A stretch of DNA of 63,022 bases, filler included, from Stramenopiles sp. TOSAG23-6 (Eukaryota), in the NCBI GenBank assembly GCA_900128565.1. It is 6 parts of 6 records of this genome, joined end to end, with 100 filler letters (N's around TTAATTAATTAA, not from the genome) between each part and the next. Parts side by side here need not be neighbours in the genome. Positions count along the whole stretch, not along the records: positions 31,606 to 42,027 come from LT636314.1; positions 42,128 to 52,543 come from LT636315.1; 4 more parts are not named here. One strand, 5' to 3'. The translations under genes were made by a program, and so were the position numbers. Within the stretch, counting starts at the first letter, position 1, and each line of letters opens with the position of its first letter. Shown in pieces: positions 35,458-49,600 of the stretch. Below the pieces are notes generated by a model. It saw nothing but the letters and a program-made list of their open reading frames with translations, made no database searches and was not told the DNA's origin.

Positions 35458-35700
35458 TATCTTACACATATACTGAAGTAATAGTATTACGGTTGGCAAA
35501 TTGTGATGAAAACCATGTACATTTTCAAACAAAAATTCAAATGTTTGTTAGGTACAAAATTATCTACAAAAAAACATTCAAAAAAAAACAAATAATAAAT
35601 TTGAAGTATTATTACGACTGTCATTCAATTTATTCTAACAATTAAAGTTTTAAATTATTTTTCAACATTGTTGGGGAAAGGATTCTCGTGATCAATTAGC

Positions 35701-36906
35701 TCATGTAGACTTACGAGGTGACTTCACATGAGTCTTCAATTTATGTTCTTTTGCTTTTTCCAATTTTGCTTTTTCCAATTTTTGGCGTAAACTGATTTCT
35801 GTATTTAAACTCTGACGATATGCACGTTTGTCATGAAATGAACGGCTTCTTGATCTTCTACTATAATCCCTTCGACGACCTCTGGAATAACTTCTTGATC
35901 TTCTACTATATTCCCTTCGACGACCTCTGGAATTACTTCTTGATCTTCTACTATAATCCCTTCGACGACCTCTGGAATTACTTCTTGGTCTTCTACTATA
36001 ATCCCTTCGACGACCTCTGGAATAACTTCTTGGTCTTCTACTATATTCCCTTCGACGACCTCCTGAATAACTTCTTGATCTACGGCTAAAATTCCTTACA
36101 CGACTTCTTGATCTTGTTCTAGATCGACTTCTTGATCTTGTTCTAGATCGACTTCTTGCTCGTTTTTGACTTCTGCTGCGTCGTGACTTTGTGTTTTCAC
36201 CAACGTTTCCATTTTCTTCACCAATGTTTCTTTTTTCTTCAACAACGTCTCCTGTTTCGCTTTCGTCTTTAGATTCTCTCTTGTCAGCGTCTTTACATTC
36301 CGTCACTGAAGCTGTAGCATCTACAATTTTATCAGAGTCTTTATCTTTCATCACTGAAGCCGCAGCAGCTATAGCTCTAACTCTAACATCCGAAGCATCG
36401 TGCACATAACGGCAAACATTTCCTTTAGTGCAATTGCCAATACTAAAGAAATAGCAAGCCTCATCCACAGTGCCATTTAACTTGAGCTTTGCATTTGCTT
36501 GTTCACGGATACGCTGTGCCTGAATCTTTGCCTTTTGTTGTTCTAAAAAGTTACGTGGTATTCCTGTTTCTTCTTTTTCTGCATCACTGAGTATAGTCCA
36601 CAACTCCTGAACAAAAACTGCTGCATCCTTTTCTAAGAAGCCTGTCAAATCCACAAGCAACTGCATTCCATCCTTGGGTCCAATATCGAGAGAATTATGA
36701 ACAAGCCCAGTGACAACATCATCTTCAAATCCTAAAAGTTCCACAAGTCGATCAGTGATCCATTTCTTAATAACAGGCATGTTGACCTTGGAGAAGTCAA
36801 CAGTTTGCCTGAGCAACTTTTGATCATACTTTAGATTCTTAAGTTGACTCTTTTTACTACTCCCCCTGAATCTAGGATCCTGTTCAACAGATAATAATTT
36901 GACCAT
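35701..36906 (-). CDS. SRRM1/SRm160-like protein with PWI domain, CCCH zinc finger and RS region
   Basis: VDFSKVNMPVIKKWITDRLVELLGFEDDVV (PWI); CYFFSIGNCTKGNVCRYVH; RS repeats. Confidence 0.88.
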   Translation of the reverse strand: MVKLLSVEQDPRFRGSSKKSQLKNLKYDQKLLRQTVDFSKVNMPVIKKWITDRLVELLGFEDDVVTGLVHNSLDIGPKDGMQLLVDLTGFLEKDAAVFVQELWTILSDAEKEETGIPRNFLEQQKAKIQAQRIREQANAKLKLNGTVDEACYFFSIGNCTKGNVCRYVHDASDVRVRAIAAAASVMKDKDSDKIVDATASVTECKDADKRESKDESETGDVVEEKRNIGEENGNVGENTKSRRSRSQKRARSRSRTRSRSRSRTRSRSRVRNFSRRSRSYSGGRRREYSRRPRSYSRGRRRDYSRRPRSNSRGRRRDYSRRSRSNSRGRRREYSRRSRSYSRGRRRDYSRRSRSRSFHDKRAYRQSLNTEISLRQKLEKAKLEKAKEHKLKTHVKSPRKST

Positions 36907-37234
36907 GAAAAAATTGTTATATATAAGAGGGATGTGAAAACTAGACAAATTTCGCACGATTGAATTAAATTGAAGCGGAGTCGTGGCGCAACGAACAAAC
37001 TCGATTTTGTTTTCTTGTTTTGACCGATTTTTTGAAAACTTACGCGCCACGTGTTGTTTTGGCCTAAATGTCCTCAATTAGTAATATTCACAGCTTCCTT
37101 GAAAAATAGGTCATAATAGCATCCAAAAAAGTTAGCAGTACCAGAAAGATTCCAAATAGAGATTCGTAAACCACTGAGACATTTCGTTTAGTGCCACGAG
37201 ATATAGTATTGTTACATTCGTGCGCTCTTTGGAA

Positions 37235-39019
<1,785 letters not shown>

Positions 39020-39282
39020 ACAATAATTTTTTTTTGCGAATATATTTTGTTTCTTGAAAGAATAAGCTATCAATTTTTATAGTTGTTTAGGATAAAAAAA
39101 AAATTACTAAACTGGGACAGGTTTGTAGTTTTGTAAATAAATCTGTTATTATTAATTTGTTATTATGAATACTATTATACTTTTTTTTTCATTTTTTAAT
39201 TTATTTTTATATAATTGTCGCAATGTAGAAGTATACGTATTATTGTTTATACTGTACAATAAATATAGAAAAAAGAGAAATA

Positions 39283-41978
39283 TTACATTTCTACTACAGT
39301 TTCCTCCTGAGTTTGCCATTTGCCTTCATTGATTTCAGCAACTGCTGTTTCTACGTTAGAATTATCTGGTAAAATTTCAACAGGTTCGCCTTCATTGATT
39401 TCAGCATTTGCTGTTTCTACATTAGAATTATCTGGTAAAATATCAACAGGTTCGCTGCTTCCCTCATGATGATCCACATTCCAACCATCGCCATCCTCTT
39501 CTTCATTTAATTGAGTTAGGAATGCACTCGAAGTATTTTTCTTGACATCTTTTATAGCTTCTTCTGTAGTCTCTTCCTCTGTCTTTGTAATATCATTTTC
39601 ACCTTCTTCTGTGGTCTCTTCATTTGGTTTTGTGTCTTCTTTTGCAGCTTCTTCTGTAGCTTGCTTTTCAGCCAATTGCAACTCGGCAGCCTCTTTTGCA
39701 GCTTCTTCTATAGCTTGCTTTTCAGCCAACTCAGCAGCTTCTTTTGCAGCTTCTTCTGCGGCTTGCTTTTCAGCTTCTTGTGCTGCTTCTGCTTCTTCTG
39801 CCAGTTTTTCAGCTTCTTGAGTAGCTTCTTCTGCAGCCTCTACGCCTGCACGGGCTGCACTTAGTGCTTCATCAATGGCATTTGTTATAATGGCTCTCGC
39901 TGCAGCTTTTGCTTTCTGAATAGCCGCAGCTTGTGCAGCAACTACTGCAGCTGCTATAGCTGCATTACGAAGTCTAACAGCTTCTTTGAGTTTCTTAATT
40001 TTTTTTACAGCTTCTCCAATTTCAGCTCGCTGTGTCTCGGAAACTGCTTTTAATATGTCAGTTCTTCTAACTAGTTCAAGAGTCTCCGCTTCCGTTTTCT
40101 CTATCCTTTCATCTATTTTTTCTATGCGAGAGTTCAGAATTGAGCCCTCTTTATCTATTACGTATTCGGTACTCGTTAGAGAAGACTTCATTCGTTTAAT
40201 TTCCCTTGGGGTTTCTGGAACTTTGCCAACCCATTCTGGGGTAACACCACATTTACGAAGTTTAAGCTCTGCGGCAAGTTTCCGACATGAAGCGTCAAGT
40301 CGTACTGATTTCATTTGAATTTCTAATCTCTCTTTTCTTTCGCGCCGTGAGTGTTTAGTATCATTACATTTTTGCATTTCTTCAAACTCATTACGCAGTT
40401 CATTCAATTCACTTAAAAGCTTTTCATATTCTGTTCTCTCTGTGGAAGGTTTTATTTCCATATCAATGGTACACTCATGAACATGTTTATATCTTTCAGC
40501 TATTGCTAAGGATTCTTCTTTTAGCATTCCATAAACTTTTCCAAGTTCAGCAACTTGATCTATTTTTTGCTGGCTTCGATCTCTCCAACTCATGTGAGCG
40601 ATGGTGTTGAAGTCAATGCTCTCACTAGGTGAATCTTCTATTTTTTCTGCTTGTACTTTTATCTGTTTTGGTTTTGTTTTCATCCTTTTTTGCTTTGGAG
40701 CCTTTACTATAGATGATACTGCATTTTGTTTCTGGTAATCCTTTACAAGTTGAATCAAGTGTTTTTTCTTCCCTTTAGTAGATAAACCAAACTCCTTACA
40801 ATAAGTTTTTAAAACCGCAACTTTCATTTTTTTTAATTCCTTATGAGTAAAAGCTACTTCTTTCTTGTATACCTGCTTTAGCTTGGACACTTTTTTTGTG
40901 GTACGTTTATCTGACTTTGATTGAGGGGCTTTAGTTGAATTTGATTGATTGACAAACATTTTATCATTTTTAACTTTTTTGCGCAATCGTTTGGAAGAGC
41001 CTATTTGACCGTCAAGTAATGTATTGTACCGCTTCTCTTGTTCCTCAAGTTCTTTTGCTTGTGCATTAACTAGACGAAGTTTATGTATTGTAAAAAATAT
41101 TTTTTTTTATTTTTTTTAGAAAAAAAATTCGTTAGAAGATATTTTACAAAATTTAGATGAGGTAAAAAGAATAAATTTGAAATTCATGATGAAAATGTAC
41201 ATTATCGGTTGTCTGTAATTTTCTTTTCATCGTGGCTACCAAATCGCCCTGATTGTCTTGTTTCCTTTGCTGAAACTCTCGCATTTGATCTTTCACCATG
41301 TATTGTGAAAAAATAATCGAAATTTGTTAGGTACAAAATTTGGTACAAAAAAAAACTAAATTTGAAATTTAGAATGAAAACGAACATCGCCCGGTCAACT
41401 TCTCCATTCAACTTACTACAACTTTTTCTAAGTTGCGCATTCATTTGTACGAGAGTCTCAATTTGAAGCATTTCATGTGAAAAATATTTCAAAATTGTAA
41501 ATTCGTTAGGTACAAAACCTTTGCATTGTCCATGAAGAAAACATCGTCTATTACGGAATTTCGTACGAAAAAAACAATGTCACAAAAAAAATGTAGGTAA
41601 AAAATGGATGATGAAAACGTATATTTTTTTTCGTATGATTTTAAGACTTCTCTCTTCAACTTTACCCAAGAGAAACGCCCGTCGGTATTCATGAGTTCCT
41701 TCAACCAATGGATTTCCATGTACTGTGAAAAACAATTCAAACATTTGAAATTCGTTAGGTACGAAATGTAATACGAAAAAAAAAAATTAAAAAGTCAATT
41801 TTGAAAACACGAAAAAACAAATTAAAATTAAATTTTGAAAACGTACGTGGCGATCGGCAAGTCTACCATCTTGTGTTCTATGCACTGGGCTACTACTGCT
41901 TCGAAGCTTGCTACCGTTGAATTCCTTTATTGATTTTATTGATTCAGTGCTATTTTCCTTTTCAGGAGTTGATATTAT
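39283..41978 (-). CDS. SAP-domain coiled-coil protein, 5'-truncated; exons 41978-41847, 41717-41623, 41469-41386, 41297-41201, 41082-39283
   Basis: LKKMKVAVLKTYCKEFGLSTKGKKKHLI (SAP). Removing four family introns gives one open frame. Confidence 0.8.
41083..41200 (-). other. Non-canonical GT-AT intron
   Basis: AAT|GTACATTTTCATCATGAAT..CTAAC..TACAATACAT|AAA. Confidence 0.8.
41298..41385 (-). other. Non-canonical GT-AT intron
   Basis: AT|GTTCGT..GTACCAAATTTTGTACCTAAC..CACAATACAT|G. Confidence 0.82.
41470..41622 (-). other. Non-canonical AT-AT intron
   Basis: AT|ATACGT..GTACCTAAC..CACATGAAAT|G; keeps frame IRKK-M-LQIE. Confidence 0.72.
41718..41846 (-). other. Non-canonical GT-AT intron
   Basis: CAC|GTACGT..CGTACCTAAC..CACAGTACAT|GGA. 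Confidence 0.82.
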
Positions 41979-42027
41979 ATGTATTTTGGAAAAATATTTG
42001 AAAAAAAAATCGTTAGGTACAAAATTT

Positions 42028-42127
42028 NNNNNNNNNNNNNNNNNNNNNNNNNNNNNNNNNNNNNNNNNNNNTTAATTAATTAANNNNNNNNNNNNNNNNN
42101 NNNNNNNNNNNNNNNNNNNNNNNNNNN
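42028..42127. other. Artificial contig linker
   Basis: N run with TTAATTAATTAA. Confidence 0.98.
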
Positions 42128-42180
42128 TGTACCTAACAAATTTTAGTTTTTTTTTTTTGAAATATTTTTCCAAAATACAT

Positions 42181-43130
42181 GTCATGGTGAGAATAGTGTG
42201 ATCAATGACGATGGTATTTGTATATGCGCTAAAGGATATACCGGTAACCCACCAACATGGGAATCATCAGCTTGGTCGACGACTTCATGCATTCCAACTA
42301 ATCCACAACCACATGACTGTATCGATAGTACTATGGTCGAAGACGATCATGGTACCTGTCAATGCAATGATGGATATATCGGTAATCTAACACCATCGCC
42401 ACCACCTGAAATTCTAGCAGAACTAGCAGAACCAGCAGAACCAGCAGAACCACCCAAGTGGATAGGTATATGTATTGAAAAAACGAAACTTTGTAGAGGA
42501 GAAGGTATGGAAATGGGTACTGATGGTTGTGTCTGTAAAGATGGATATGAAGGTAATCCTGCATGGGAGAATGGGGAGTGGACAGGCTCTTGTATAGATA
42601 AAGTGAAGAATTGTTCAGCAGATGGCATGACTATCGAACAACATGGGTGTGTTTGTGAAGAGGGATATAAAGGTGATCATGCGCCTTCATATGTTGATGG
42701 AAAGTGGACAGGGAATTGTATAAATTCAACGAGTATTTGTGAAGGAGACTTTATGGAAATGCGTGGAAATGGTTGTTTTTGTAGAGATGGATATTCTGGA
42801 ACCCCAAAATGGGATTCTTCTGCAAAAGAATGGAATTTTGTTCCACCTTCACCCACATGTCAAGATAGACAATCAACTTGTGATGGAAATAGAACTGCAG
42901 GTCCTGGTACATGTGAATGTAAAGATGGGTATAGTGGAACACCAAAATGGGATTATCCGACAGATTCTTCGGAAAAACAATGGATGGGTACATGTGTAGA
43001 TGAACAATCAACGTGTAATGGAAATAGAACTGCAGGTCCTGGTACATGTGTATGTAATGTTGGTTATAGTGGAACACCAAGTTTTGATGGTTCTTCCTGG
43101 GGTGATGATACATGTCTTAAGGTCAATTGA
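42181..43130 (+). CDS. Last exon of a Cys-rich EGF-like repeat protein
   Basis: Repeated CxCxxGYxGxPxW..WxGxC units; preceded by a partial family intron ending AAAATACAT at 42180. Confidence 0.8.
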
Positions 43131-43334
43131 TATTAATAGTTATTATTCTACAAATACGTAGTCAAGTAATAAAAATGGTGTCTTTTTCGAATTTTTTTTC
43201 ATTCATCGGCGTTTTTACGTTTTTTTCATCATGATCCGTTACTTTTTGTGTTCACCCGATATAGCTACTACTACGACAAACGCTGTAAGTCTTCACACAC
43301 ACTTGTAAACAACTGTAGCACAACAATACTTGTA

Positions 43335-44833
43335 ATGTCACAACGTAATCCAATCGGCATATTATATACAAATGATATAAATTCGTCTTCTCCTGGTTCT
43401 CCTGAGGAGTCTGATGATTTTGTTGATCCTGTGCTGCCAAGTGGAGCAAATGATTTATATTTTGAAAATATAGAGGGTAACTATTGGAAAAATAATAAAC
43501 GTTTACATCCATACTCGAATGGTTGTAAAAAATACACATATAGTGTAGATGATCTTATACCGAAACTTGATACCAACGCTCGTAATGAAGCTACACATAT
43601 TGTCAAGGTTGATTTAGAGAGGCGATTCAGCAAGGAACAAAAGAAGAAGAAACATGTCCGTTGTATCGATTGTTGTACGTTTCATTTTTTTTTTTCAACA
43701 AAAAAATCGATTTTTTTTTCGTACGAAATTTTGTACCTAACAAATTGTACAAAAAAAACAAAATTTTTCACAGTATATGTTGTGCATTTTTTCATCGAGT
43801 GGAATTAGAAGTGGCGACGTTTTTTATATTCATTAGTACGACAATGCAATTATATTTTTTCGGATTGGTTGCGTTGCCAACAGTAGATGCAACTCAAATA
43901 CTTCCAACTACAATTCATCAAATTGGTGTTCTGTACGTTTTTTTTTCTCTTGAATTTTTTTTTCATACAAAATTTCATACCTAACGATTTTTTTTACCAA
44001 AATTTTTTTTTTTTTCACAATATATGGCTATATTGGTCATGTTAGTTATATTCGTTGCATGGATTTTGATAAAAAATGCTAGCGTTGCTTGTCATTTACG
44101 GTTTTGTTTTATTTCAACACTTATTATAACATCAATACAAATATATTTCGCTTTTATGGTAATTAAGGATACACACAATGCATGTATGTCTTCAAAAATT
44201 GACTTTTTTTGTTTTTTCAAAAAAAATTTCATTAAAAACATTTCATACGAAATTTTGTACCTAACGGATTTCAAACGTATTTGAATAAAAAACAATTCAC
44301 AATACATCATCTTCTGCAAGTCTTTTTCAATCGAACGAAAAGTTAATAGATGTATACGCATCAACAGAAAATACTTTGGAACATTTAAAAATTACACCGG
44401 AAGTATTAGACACATGTCCTGCTAGTGGTAGAGAAATCAAATGTGGTTGTATGTTGTATAAAAATATATTTTTTTTTTTCGGATTTTTTTTTTGTTTTTN
44501 GGATTTTGTTTTTTCAATTTTCTTTTTATTGAAATATATTTTTGAAATACATGCGATCCAAGTCAATATGATATAGCAGTAGCTATTGTCGCAGATTCCG
44601 GGGTATCAAATCGAACAAAAAATGATATCCAATGGGCTGGTTCTTGTATTGGTTTTGAGGCTCATTGCGAATCATCAGAAATAATTGGAAATTTTTCAGA
44701 AGATTGTAAAAAAAACACAAAAAATGGAGAATTTTGTTTAACATGTAAAAATGGATATGAAGGAGGATCTCTTTTATGTAATAATGATAAGCAATGGAGT
44801 ATACACAAATTTTGTGAAAATATAAATGTTTGA
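43335..44833 (+). CDS. Multi-pass membrane protein with Cys-rich C-terminus; exons 43335-43674, 43779-43932, 44026-44183, 44308-44448, 44553-44833
   Basis: Four family introns join five segments in frame; about three hydrophobic helices. Confidence 0.72.
43675..43778 (+). other. Non-canonical GT-AT intron (register-diagnostic)
   Basis: TT|GTACGT..CACAGTATAT|GT; sliding 2 nt upstream creates TGA. Confidence 0.82.
43933..44025 (+). other. Non-canonical GT-AT intron
   Basis: CT|GTACGT..ATACCTAAC..CACAATATAT|G. Confidence 0.8.
44184..44307 (+). other. Non-canonical GT-AT intron
   Basis: AT|GTATGT..GTACCTAAC..CACAATACAT|CA. Confidence 0.82.
44449..44552 (+). other. Non-canonical GT-AT intron; core motif absent, contains an N
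   Basis: TT|GTATGT..GAAATACAT|GC; opens a final exon of over 90 codons. Confidence 0.7.
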
Positions 44834-45098
44834 TAAAATTGATAAATTGGTAGCGTCCCTGGGGGAGTGTTATATATAGCCTATTCTGGAAATCATTCTC
44901 AAAACGCCAAAAATCGAATTAGAAACGAAAGGCGTCGAAAGGATATCTTTGACAAAAACACGAAAACAGAAGAAAAACGTCAAAAAAAATACCAGTCAGC
45001 TGACCAAGGAAACTCAGACTTACCTTGTGGTATCAATTCTACCATTTGTAATTTGTTTGTATATTGGAAACAAAGTATATTTGCGACTATTTTTCAAA

Positions 45099-45892
45099 AT
45101 GAATTATTCATGTATTATACTGCTATTAGTAGTGACAATAATAAGAGAAAGTAAAGGAGCTACAAGGGCAGAACAAGCACTAAAGCTAAAAGACAGTACC
45201 GCTTCAGTGCCTTCACATTTAACTAAACGTGAATTAGGTAATTTCTCTGCTGTTTCACGTACAATGCACAAGGCAGGTGATCGTGAATTTAACAACCGCG
45301 CAAAGTATATATTTGAAGGGGTGAAAGGACTGTTTGGTGAAAATGAAGATATTGGTTCTGTCAATAAAGGAGACACTGAGACATCAACCCAATGGCTACG
45401 CCGTGTAGAAGGTAGTCATTATCATCGTAGGGTATTGGAAAGAAAGGCTTTAATTGTATTGTATGATAATACTGATGGGATTCATTGGGAAAGGAGTGAA
45501 AATTGGAAAACAGATTCAGATATTTGTGACTGGTATGGAGTTACGTGTACTAATGGAAGTGTTACTAAATTGGCATTGAATCGCAACAACCTATCTGGTT
45601 CAATTCCGAAAGAAATTGGTCTACTAAGAAATCTTGATATGTTAGTCTTGGATGATAACAAACTAACTGGTGCAATACCAACGGAAATTGGTCAACTAAC
45701 AAATCTCGAAGGATTGTACTTGGATGACAACGAACTATCTGGTTCAATACCAAAGGAAATTTTTCAACTAACAAAGCTTCAATATTTGTTCTTGTATAGC
45801 AACAAACTATCTGGTTCAATTCCCCAAATGAAATTGGTCAACTAAGAAATCTCGTGGATTTGAGATTGGATGAAAACAACAGACTCATTTGA
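45099..45892 (+). CDS. Secreted leucine-rich-repeat protein with an apparent frameshift near 45825
   Basis: Signal peptide; ERKALIVLYDNTDG..W..CDWYGVTC cap; LxxNxLSGSIPxEIG repeats; the last repeat continues in another frame. Confidence 0.8.
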
Positions 45893-46624
45893 GAGTCTGA
45901 CTTGGTTTAAATGAGAGAGTCCAACATATCTTAAAAGTAAATGGCAGTCTAAATTGGAGTTCATTTGAAGTAAAAATGTCTAAAATCACAAAATCCCTTG
46001 TGCTTATATATATATATAGTAAGGTTTCCCGAATCTTGGTTGTTATGATTCTTGTTGATTATTTATTTATTATTGTGTAATAAATAATTCCTTATTAAAA
46101 ATGTAATTTTTAGTTTTTAGTCGTTTTTAGTTTTGTTTTGATTATATGATGAATTAATTTTGGAAAAAATATGTTACTTCTTGCATGATTTATTGAATGA
46201 ACTTGTTATTAATGAATATAGTAGTTATGTAAACACTTTAAATTGATAAAAAAAATTATTCATTTTGAGCATATTTAGCCATTATTATCGCTAGAATCGC
46301 TAGAATGATGCAAGATTCAATAATTTTTATTCGATTTTATTAATGGTTAGGGTTAGGGTTAGGGCAAAGGTAGGTCATTTTGCACCGGCAGATGCTCTTT
46401 GCTCGCGCTCTACGTAAATACAAAAAAAGAGGGATCACAACTCTGATTCTGAAAAGACAAAATTTATGTATTATTGAGTGAGTTTTCATTTGCACAGCTT
46501 CATTTACATTACACAATTTTAGTTGATTGATAGTGCAAGAGCTACAATCTAGTAGTATTGTATTGATCATTTGAAACAAAAAACGTAAAACAGTTTTCAA
46601 AACGACTTCTGCAAATCTATCCAT

Positions 46625-49600
46625 ATGACTTCGCGGGTGGTTGTTTCACCAGAAAGCGACACGAGTAAAGTACCAACTACATATGCTAATCAATCATTAA
46701 AGGCACATGCAAAAATTTTGTTTACACTTTCAAATCTCTCTCGAAAGATTTTAAAAAAGACTCGCGTTATAGCACCCAACAATGCAAAAAAAGGACGAAG
46801 CTCTGTCCGCCTCAAAGTTGTTTGGAATAAAGGAGAAATACCAAATGTCCCGTCAATTTATTCGAGTAATCTCATTCAATATGATAGAATATCTAAATGT
46901 CATGTACCATATATGCAACAGCGTGTAAATAAACGAAAGTATCCGCAAAAGGGTAGAAGAAATTCTCCATCTAAAAAGGCTAAAAAAGCAGTTAACGTTG
47001 TAAACAATATGAACGTAAATATCCTTCAGTATAATAATATTCCCCAGCATCATAGTACTTATGCATATAATATGTATCCACATGATATGAGATACAACGG
47101 AAATTTGCCATACATGCCAACTGCAGCTAATTCTACAACACACCCGCATCTTAATGGTACTGCGAATATGTTTAACAATGAAAATGCACTTTTACAACAA
47201 CAAAATAGACACACCAATAGAGTTAATAACAAAATGTATAATACCCCAGTACATAATAATATGAAACAATATAAGTATATACCACATCACAACATTAACA
47301 ATACGTACCCTATTGTACCTGCAGCAGACGGTAATTTTGTACTTAACCACAAACAAAATCTACAAAATCTACAAAATGCAGAACAACAAAACCTACAAAA
47401 ACTCAAAAAAAGTTTTGAAAACTCTCATCCTACAAAAGTCGATGATCCTTATACAGTTCATGGACTTTCACCTGATGATGTTTTGTTTGCATGTACAAAG
47501 AAGCGAAGAGAACGAATTCGATTACGTCGTAAGAGAGCTTTACGAGCTACACGAAATAAGCCTAAAAAACTACAAAAAACATCGAATGCTTCAACAATTG
47601 GAGGCAAGGGCAATAGAAGAGGTACAGCAGCTGAAAGAAGAGCACGAGCACAAGCAGAAGAACGCGTGGTTCTTGCGGAAGCTAACAAAAAGTTAAAGAC
47701 AATACAAAACGAGTTGGCTGTGTATAATGTACGTTTTTTATTATTTCGTGTTTTTTTCTTTATTTTTTTCGATTATTTTGTTTTTTTGAATGTTTACATT
47801 TTTATAATTTCACAAGTAACAAAATTCTTACACTGTACATTGCAAATGACAAAAATAAATATATGTTTCTCATTATATGTTATCCGTGATACCGAACAAG
47901 AATTAAATATTAGAAAAGCATTACTAAAAGCGTATGAATCTTTAGTAATTTCAATGAAAAATATTTTTGAAATGGAAGAAAAAAATAGAAAATTAGCTTT
48001 ACACACGAAATCACAGAAAGTATTACATCTTATTGAACAATGTCGTCTTTTATATACAAAAGAGTATACAGAAGCAAATAATGGTTCACTTAGTGTAGCT
48101 GAAGAGCATTTGTTAGTGACTAATCACGTGAAACAGTTAAAAACGATACAACAACAAAAAAAAAAGTGTAAAAAAATGTTTGAAGATGTACTCCAAGAGT
48201 TGAGTGATTCATCAAATACACGAAATCTTTTACATTTAAAAATGGAAAGAAAAAAATATCTCAGTGAAAAATATACAATAATGTGTTTGTTTTCATTTCA
48301 AATGTTTATTTCAAATGTTTATTTCAAATGTTTATTTCAAATGTATTTTTTTTTTTTTTTTTTTCATACAACATTTCATACCTAACAAAAAAAATCAAAA
48401 AAAAATATTTTCCAAATATACATGTCAACAATTACAAACATGGGAATCTAAAACAGAACAAGATCTTTTGGATATTCAAAATAATTTAAAAAACAATAAA
48501 AAAGTATTGCATTCTTCATCAAACGACATGAATGATGAACAAAATTCACAACATTCAAAAAATTCAAAAAATTCAAAAAATATGGATTCGCAATTGTCTA
48601 CTTCTACAGAAACTACAAAAACTACAAAAACTCAAACAACGGAAAGCAAAATTTTTGTTCATTCTTTAGAAGATTTTCGTAATTTAACAAATCTTGCGGC
48701 AGTTGATACTTCTGCTAATTCAAGCACACCTCGAGGTACAATTTTTCTACGTAAATCGAAACAATCTTATGAAAAGAATGAAGAAAATATTCAAAATGAT
48801 GAAACATCAAAATCAATAAAAAATAATGGAGTTGAAATTCAAGTAGGAAAATTTGTAGTGAAAACAGAAAGTCTACACTCAGATGAAAGGGTACAAAATA
48901 ACAATATTTCGTCTTTGAAATCATCTGAACAAACAAATTCGTCTTTGAAAGCATTTGAACAACGCGAAATTGGTCTTTCAGAACGATTACGAGAAAATGG
49001 ATTACCACTAAAACATCGAAATGCTTTATTACGTGATAGCATTCTTCGTGAAGGATCAAAAATTATGTCTGGATTTCGTGCATTGGAGGCAGAGCGATTG
49101 CTTGCCATACAACGTGAAAAACGAAAATCAAAAGATGAATTTTTTGAGGCATCAAAACGACAACAAATGTCAATTTATAGACATTTAAAAATGCAAGAAA
49201 AAAAAAAAGAACATTTAAAAGCGGTACGTTTCCATCTTTTTTTTTTTTTTTTTAACATTTTTTTAACATTTTTTTAAAACTTTTTCATCATTCATTTGTA
49301 AAATATCTGATATTTTTTTGTCTGTACACTAACGAATTTTCAGATTTTATCTATTTTTTTACAAAACATGTACAAAAAAAAATGTTAGAACAATTAAAAC
49401 TTCGACAAAGTACAGAAATTACAAAAAAAATGAAATCTTTACAAAATGAAACAGCTGATGTCAAAAAAACACATCTTGAACAATTACAAGCTACACATCA
49501 ACAACATATAAATGAATTATTAAGAATTCAAAAACAACAATGTGATACATTAGATATAAAACAACGTAAAGAAATTGAATTAAATATAAACAATAACAAG

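Noticed and set aside
35701-36906. SRRM1-like splicing factor as a dedicated partner of the AT-ending introns
   Set aside because: It is a widespread gene, and adjacency to Kae1 in a eukaryote implies no functional link.
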